Below, piece after piece: positions 58,822 through 64,000 of a stretch of DNA of 64,000 bases (positions are counted from its first letter, which is position 1; each line of letters starts with the position of its first letter). Source of the DNA: Acidobacteriota bacterium. Lineage in GTDB: Bacteria > Acidobacteriota > UBA6911 > RPQK01 > JAJDTT01. A program made the position numbers and the translations under genes. A model generated the notes under the pieces. It made no database searches. It was given only the letters and a program-made list of their open reading frames with translations, and was not told the origin of the DNA. The stretch lies in the NCBI GenBank assembly GCA_965217775.1, contig CBDCJH010000002.1, forward strand, positions 2,144,001-2,208,000, in the 5' to 3' direction.

Positions 58822-59318
58822 GCGGTCCTCCACAAACGAGGCTCGGGCCCTCGCCCGGAATTCTCCGGAAGCGGCTCCCGCCACCGCCAGCGACCGGACC
58901 TCCTAGGTTGATCGGGCCGGAGACGATCGTCGTTCGGACTTCCAAATTCTCTGGTAGATGAGGTGCTACTAAGAAATCATAGAGCCGAGACTGGTGCAAG
59001 CCGAGAGAAGCGGGCGCGTGCACGACGGGAAAGGGAGACTGGCAGTGTAAAGCGCGGGTCGTCTGCGGGTTGCATCTCCCCGCTCCGGCAGAGCATTCAA
59101 CTGTCAGAGGGGAGGGTTGAGCGATAGCCATTGGGGAGAGGCTGCTTCAGCGCCCTCTCTCTTTGTCGGTAGGGGAATCCCCTGCAGAGACGGTTCCCGG
59201 ACGATTGACAGCTCGCTCTGGGATTTGGCACTCTTAGCCGACGCAGGAGCCTGAGACTGTGTGCGGAATTGATCGATCAGCCTGAGTCGGGTCCGCGGCC
59301 CGGGCCAGTAGGAGCCTA

Positions 59319-60926
59319 GTGGATTCTTGCCAAGAAACGGCCCGGCCTGAATCTGACGCACGAGTTCACCTTCCCGTTACCCGGTTGCCGAAATGGGGAA
59401 TGGCGGAGCTGCCCGAGCCGACGCCCGTCGGGTGGCGGAACTGGAAGCTCTTCGTTGGCCCCGGACTGGTCATGATGGGGGCCAACATCGGTGGCGGAGA
59501 ATGGCTGTTCGGCCCCGAAGTGGCGGCCCGGTATGGTGGCGGCCTTTTTTGGCTGGCCACGATGGCCATTATCGCGCAGGTCTTCTACAACATCGAAACC
59601 GGCCGCTACGCTCTGTACTGCGGCGAACCCACCTTCACGGGCTTCATGCGGACCTTCCCCGGACCCCGCTTCTGGATTGGAGTATACCTAATCCTCACGC
59701 TAAGCCAGTTCCTTCCGGTCCTGGCCTTCAATGCGGCCACCATTTGCGCCGCCCTCTACCTGGACCGGCCGCCCACGCCGGCCGACGCCATGATCGTCCT
59801 GGTGCTTGGCTTTGCCTGCCTCGGCCTGTCCGTCCTGCCGGTGGCGTTCGGGTCCAAGGTGTACAACTCCCTGCAGGCCATCATGACCGTGAAGGTGGTC
59901 ATCGTGCTGGCGTTCACCGCACTGGTCGGGGTGTTCTACGTGAGCCCGCGCGACTGGCTGGAAGTGTTCGGGGGGTTCCTCCGCTTTGGCACCGTCCCAT
60001 CTTCCGATGCTCCGCCCGGTCAGGCTGTGGTCAATGCCCTAGCCTTTCATGCTGAACGGGGGCGCTGGCCGAATCTCGATCTGACCCATGTGTCGGTGCT
60101 GGCCGCGTTTGCCGCAGTCGCCGGCGGAGGGGGCTTGAACAACTCACTCTATAGCAACTACGTGCGGGACAAGGGGTGGGGGATGGGAAGCCTGGTCGGC
60201 GCCATCCCCGGCCTGATCGGCTCCAGGACAATCCGGCTCAGCCATCTCGGGAAGGTGTTTCCCGTTAGCTCCGATGGCCTGCGACGATGGAAGATCTGGT
60301 GGCGATACATCCTGACCGATCAGGCCTTCGTCTGGCTTCCCGGCTGCTTCGTGGGGATGGCCCTGCCAGCTTTGGTGTCCATCCGCTTCGCTCACTATTC
60401 CGGTCTCTACGAGCAGGGCGGCGACCGCTGGGCCTCCGCCTGCATCGTCGCCGACGGCATGCGGCAGGCGTTATCGGGTTCCGCCTCGCAGGTGGCCTGG
60501 ATCTCCTGGTTGGTGGTCGGGCTCCTGGTGCTCCTACCCAGCCAGATGATGCTGGTCGACTACTTCGGCCGGCGCTGGACTGATGTGATCTGGTCCGCCA
60601 ATCAGAAGGTGCGTGAGCGGATGCAGCCCCATCAGGTGAAGCCCGTTTACTACACGATCCTGGCCATCTTCGTCTTCTGGAGCTTCGTCAGTCTCTACTT
60701 CTTCGGGGTGGCCGGCAATCCCAAGTTCATGTTTGTGGTGGCTGCCAACCTGAACAACATCGCCATTGGTGCCAGTTCGTTTCATTTGCTCTGGATCAAT
60801 CACAAGATGCTCCCCAAGCCCCTGCGCCCGCACTGGTTCATGGGGCTCGGACTGTTCTTCTGCGGGGTCTTCTACCTGGGTCTGGCCTTGCTCGTCTTCT
60901 ACAGCCGGGTGCTGCCCGCCCTGTAG
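59319..60926 (+). CDS. Nramp-like (APC superfamily) membrane transporter
   Basis: GPGLVMMGANIGGGEWLFGP, YNIETGRYALYCGE, RDKGWGMG; many TM segments; start uncertain. Confidence 0.8.
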   Translation: MDSCQETARPESDARVHLPVTRLPKWGMAELPEPTPVGWRNWKLFVGPGLVMMGANIGGGEWLFGPEVAARYGGGLFWLATMAIIAQVFYNIETGRYALYCGEPTFTGFMRTFPGPRFWIGVYLILTLSQFLPVLAFNAATICAALYLDRPPTPADAMIVLVLGFACLGLSVLPVAFGSKVYNSLQAIMTVKVVIVLAFTALVGVFYVSPRDWLEVFGGFLRFGTVPSSDAPPGQAVVNALAFHAERGRWPNLDLTHVSVLAAFAAVAGGGGLNNSLYSNYVRDKGWGMGSLVGAIPGLIGSRTIRLSHLGKVFPVSSDGLRRWKIWWRYILTDQAFVWLPGCFVGMALPALVSIRFAHYSGLYEQGGDRWASACIVADGMRQALSGSASQVAWISWLVVGLLVLLPSQMMLVDYFGRRWTDVIWSANQKVRERMQPHQVKPVYYTILAIFVFWSFVSLYFFGVAGNPKFMFVVAANLNNIAIGASSFHLLWINHKMLPKPLRPHWFMGLGLFFCGVFYLGLALLVFYSRVLPAL

Positions 60927-61053
60927 CAGTTCGCGATGCGAAGCGCGAGCGTCCGCGTGCTGGGATCCGCCGAATCTCGATCCGGTTTGGCAAGCTGGAG
61001 CTTCCTTCCGGCCGCCGATTGAAAGGCCGGGAGCAGCCTCCTATACTTCCGGC

Positions 61054-63066
61054 GTGCAACCTGTCCGCTTCGACCGCTCTTTCCTTCCCAGGGCCCGCTT
61101 CGAATTTGCCGTCATCAGCGATACCCACAACATCCTGGATCCTGAGCCCTATGCCGTTGAATTCTGCTCGGTTCGGAATTGGCCGGCGCGAGCCAGATGG
61201 GCCGCCGGGATGGCCTCCGATCTAGGCGGGGATTTCCTAGTTCACCTGGGGGACCTGACCGAAGAAAATGCCTCGAAGAAGGGGCAGCTTGAGTCCCGGG
61301 AAGAAGCCTGTCAGGCCTATGAAAGCGCGGGTTTGAGACCCTACCAGGTCGCCGGCAACGTGGATATCGGCGACAAGCCGGATCCCACCATGTTCGCCGA
61401 CTGGGTCAGTGCAGAGACCCTGGCCACTTTTGAAGAGCGCTTTGGCCGTTCTTATTACAGCTTCGACCACGACCAAGCCCATTTCGTCGTCCTCAATTCC
61501 CAGCTCATGGGCGGGCTGCTGCCTCAGGCCGACGAACAGAAGGAGTGGGCGGAGCAAGATCTGGCTAAAAACCGGAACAAACGGATTTTTGTCTTCCTCC
61601 ACATGCCACCTTTCCTGGTGGCCGAAACGGAACCCGGTCTGGGGTTCTACAACACCCTGAACGAGCCCGCCCGAAGCTGGCTCACCGGGCTGTGCCGCCG
61701 CTACCGGGTCGAATTGATGATGTGCGGACACACGCACTTTCGGATGTTCAATCGAATCGGGACCACGCGCCTGATCGTGGCGCCGTCGACGACAACTTCG
61801 CGTGCCGGGTTTTACGAGGCCTTCAGCGTGGCCCCGCCGTCGGAACAGGGTCGGAATGATCCACCCAAGCTGGGGATGCTGCTGGTCAGGGTTCTGGACG
61901 ACGGCACGCGTGTCCATTTCGTTCCGACCCGCGGCCAGACCGAACCGGACCCATTGGAAGCGGGGTGGTCCCGCCTACTCACGAGAACGAGTCAGGATCT
62001 TCAGAATTCACCACTGGGCCTCTTCCTCCGGACTCCTCTGGCTGCCGCCACCGAGGGGGCGCTGGCCTGGCCCAGCGCTTTGCGACAGGGAGTTCGGGAC
62101 GACCATCCCTTTCTGGCCTGTCTGGAACTGGGCGCTCGCCACGTTCGCGTCCCCCTGTCCGATCTGGACAGCCCCCTTCAAAGGGAACGGCTGTCTCGCC
62201 TGCGGGAGGAAGGCGTCGAGCTGACGGCCTTCTGCCTCTGGTCCCCCGAGACGGAAGTAGCAGAAGCGACGGATGTCGACTGTCTGGAATTGCAGATGCC
62301 CACCCGTGTCTTTCCCGCCGAGGATCAATCGACGTTCTTGAAGCTCGCCCGGCACCCCTCGACGCGGGGAGTCAGCCTGGCGCCTCTGCTGACCCGGGAG
62401 ATCTCCAGGACCAAGTATCATCCTCGGATGCGCGTCGGGTATCGACCCGAGGAACTGCCCGAACTCTACCGTTCCCTTGAAAACTCCTCCACCCGGGTCG
62501 ACCGCATCGTCTGCCATCTGGATGACGCGGAGGATCCTCTCATCGGCCTGCTGGAATTCGAGTTCGATCCGGATCGAGAAGTCGCACCCGACTTCGTGTT
62601 GCGCCTGTCCGGCACTGACGAACGCAAACAAGCACAGCGTCTGAGCCGGGCCCTGTGTGGGGCGGCGGCCAGGCCGGGCTGCCGGCTCTTCGTGGACACC
62701 CTGGTCGATCTGGATCGGACCAACGACCTGCAGCTCGGTCTCCTAGACCGGCTGGCCAACCCGAGACCGGCCTTCCAGGTGGCCCGGTGCCTGAACACGA
62801 TCCTGTTTTTCGAGCCCCGAAGCTATCGGGTCGCTCTGGAGGAGAAGGGTGAGATGGTCCGGCTGGACTGGGACTCCGGCCGTGGCTGGCTCATCCCCTC
62901 CCAGCAAGCACTGCCAGAGGGCTGGTTTCAATCCCTTCGAGGCAAGATCAGTGTCTTCGATCTCCTTCGCGGCTGGAAGCGGGACGTCGAGCTCTCTGAG
63001 GAGAATTCTCTCGACTGGCCTTCATTCCCGCCCGGTCCGTTTCTGGTGGAGGTGCTCCAGACCTGA
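61054..63066 (+). CDS. Calcineurin-like metallophosphoesterase fused to an uncharacterised C-terminal domain
   Basis: ISDTH, HLGDL, AGNVD, FLHMP, CGHTH; start inferred at GTG 61054. Confidence 0.75.
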   Translation: MQPVRFDRSFLPRARFEFAVISDTHNILDPEPYAVEFCSVRNWPARARWAAGMASDLGGDFLVHLGDLTEENASKKGQLESREEACQAYESAGLRPYQVAGNVDIGDKPDPTMFADWVSAETLATFEERFGRSYYSFDHDQAHFVVLNSQLMGGLLPQADEQKEWAEQDLAKNRNKRIFVFLHMPPFLVAETEPGLGFYNTLNEPARSWLTGLCRRYRVELMMCGHTHFRMFNRIGTTRLIVAPSTTTSRAGFYEAFSVAPPSEQGRNDPPKLGMLLVRVLDDGTRVHFVPTRGQTEPDPLEAGWSRLLTRTSQDLQNSPLGLFLRTPLAAATEGALAWPSALRQGVRDDHPFLACLELGARHVRVPLSDLDSPLQRERLSRLREEGVELTAFCLWSPETEVAEATDVDCLELQMPTRVFPAEDQSTFLKLARHPSTRGVSLAPLLTREISRTKYHPRMRVGYRPEELPELYRSLENSSTRVDRIVCHLDDAEDPLIGLLEFEFDPDREVAPDFVLRLSGTDERKQAQRLSRALCGAAARPGCRLFVDTLVDLDRTNDLQLGLLDRLANPRPAFQVARCLNTILFFEPRSYRVALEEKGEMVRLDWDSGRGWLIPSQQALPEGWFQSLRGKISVFDLLRGWKRDVELSEENSLDWPSFPPGPFLVEVLQT

Positions 63067-63147
63067 AGCAGGTGCGTCGCCCGGGAGTCGGCAGCGTTTC
63101 GGAGACTGGGAGGCCGCGGCCCGCTGGCCGGGCGAGTTCCACCGGGC

Positions 63148-64000
63148 TCAGGGCCGCTGCTGTGATCGGACCTGAAAGCGGTCGCTGACCACGACCTCGC
63201 CCTTCTGAATCAAATCCGAGACCCTGGCCGAGATCTCATAGACTCCGGCCTCGAATTCCTTGAGGGGAAAAGGTCGAAGGAAGACCACGCGCTGGGACGA
63301 CAAGAACTGGACCGACTCCCCCTGACCGTCGACCACGGATTGGAGCACTCGACCCGCATGACGGATCTCGTACGAAAGTTCCAGGGCCGGGCGCATGGTG
63401 GTCTGATCGAAGGCAGCGTTATAGACCTGAAAATAGAAGTTCAGCTCATCGGAGGGATAGAAAACTCTGTCGAGGCTGGGCCGAATGTGTAGGTCTCCGA
63501 GCACGAACATCTCGTCCTTTTCCGGGGCACCGCTCAACTGCGTGACCTGCCGGGCCAGGAAAACTGAACTGGCGTTCAGATCCTCTTTCGGTGGAGGGGG
63601 AATCAAGACCATGCGGCGAACACCCGTTTCCCCGCTGTTCAGGTCCTTGAGCACGAGGTCAAGTTTGTAACGGCCTTTCCGTTCCAAAATCAGCATCTTT
63701 TGAAACGCGGACCAGCCGGTCCGAGATCCGGCCTCGACGACCAGGTCGGAGTCGAACTCATCGATGATCCGGTTGGACAGGCTCGTGACGATTCCATACA
63801 CGGCCACTTTAGCCCACCGGCTTTCCCCTTCCACCACAAAATTCAGCTCACGGTTTTCGATTTCAACACTTACGGGCACCAGAGACCGGTCCTCGTTCAG
63901 CTTGAAGTAATCGACGCGATGAGAGAAGGGCAGCTCGTCGAAGGTGACGTTCACATCGACAAAACTCTTCAGGTCAGTGTATTTGAGCGGCGTCGCCCGC
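63148..64000 (-). CDS. C-terminal part of an acidobacterial GWxTD-domain-like protein (gene begins beyond the window)
   Basis: KYTDLKSFVDVNVTFDELPF..VPVSVEIENRELNF..GRYKLDLVLKDLNSG..MFVLGDLHIRP..YFQVYN; the GWxTD motif itself is not in the window. Confidence 0.65.
   Translation of the reverse strand, partial: RATPLKYTDLKSFVDVNVTFDELPFSHRVDYFKLNEDRSLVPVSVEIENRELNFVVEGESRWAKVAVYGIVTSLSNRIIDEFDSDLVVEAGSRTGWSAFQKMLILERKGRYKLDLVLKDLNSGETGVRRMVLIPPPPKEDLNASSVFLARQVTQLSGAPEKDEMFVLGDLHIRPSLDRVFYPSDELNFYFQVYNAAFDQTTMRPALELSYEIRHAGRVLQSVVDGQGESVQFLSSQRVVFLRPFPLKEFEAGVYEISARVSDLIQKGEVVVSDRFQVRSQQRP

Noticed and set aside
58885-59318. Possible riboswitch, CIRCE or sigma54 site in the long intergenic region
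   Set aside because: Only partial look-alikes (TTGGCACTC half-site, GGGAAAGGGAGAC); no complete consensus.

Overview
A GC-rich 64-kb bacterial window, most likely Acidobacteriota. This is inferred from the Oar-type TonB receptor, the acidobacterial VWA and GWxTD-like proteins and the planctomycete-type DUF1549/1553-DUF1501 pairs. The left half has housekeeping and transport genes (two DUF1553-DUF1501 pairs, ABC and MFS transporters, a HemQ/Cld-family gene, TlpA, GDH, CNNM), three tRNAs and several toxin-antitoxin remnants. It also has a complete group II intron (11418-13334, minus strand), a 158-bp MITE in three copies, and a decayed type I R-M/HEPN-MNT island with an IS1634 remnant beside tRNA-Ser(CGA). 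dnaX-ybaB-recR lies in the middle. The right half is a PUL-like glycan/sugar-acid catabolic island: TonB receptor, six-hairpin glycosidase-like protein, enolase-superfamily dehydratase, SSS symporter, two ~1000-aa paralogous GH-D-clan-like proteins, sulfatase and GntR, with IS1380 and serine-recombinase relics. The most striking observation is that the intron sits in the loop of a REP-like hairpin, and its putative EBS1 and EBS2 are complementary to the conserved part of that repeat family. This suggests a REP-homing intron, with empty target sites elsewhere in the window. The second is a MITE whose length plus TSD is 162 bp and which inserted in the same frame phase into vapC and hsdS. All family calls come from motif recognition by eye; no searches were run.
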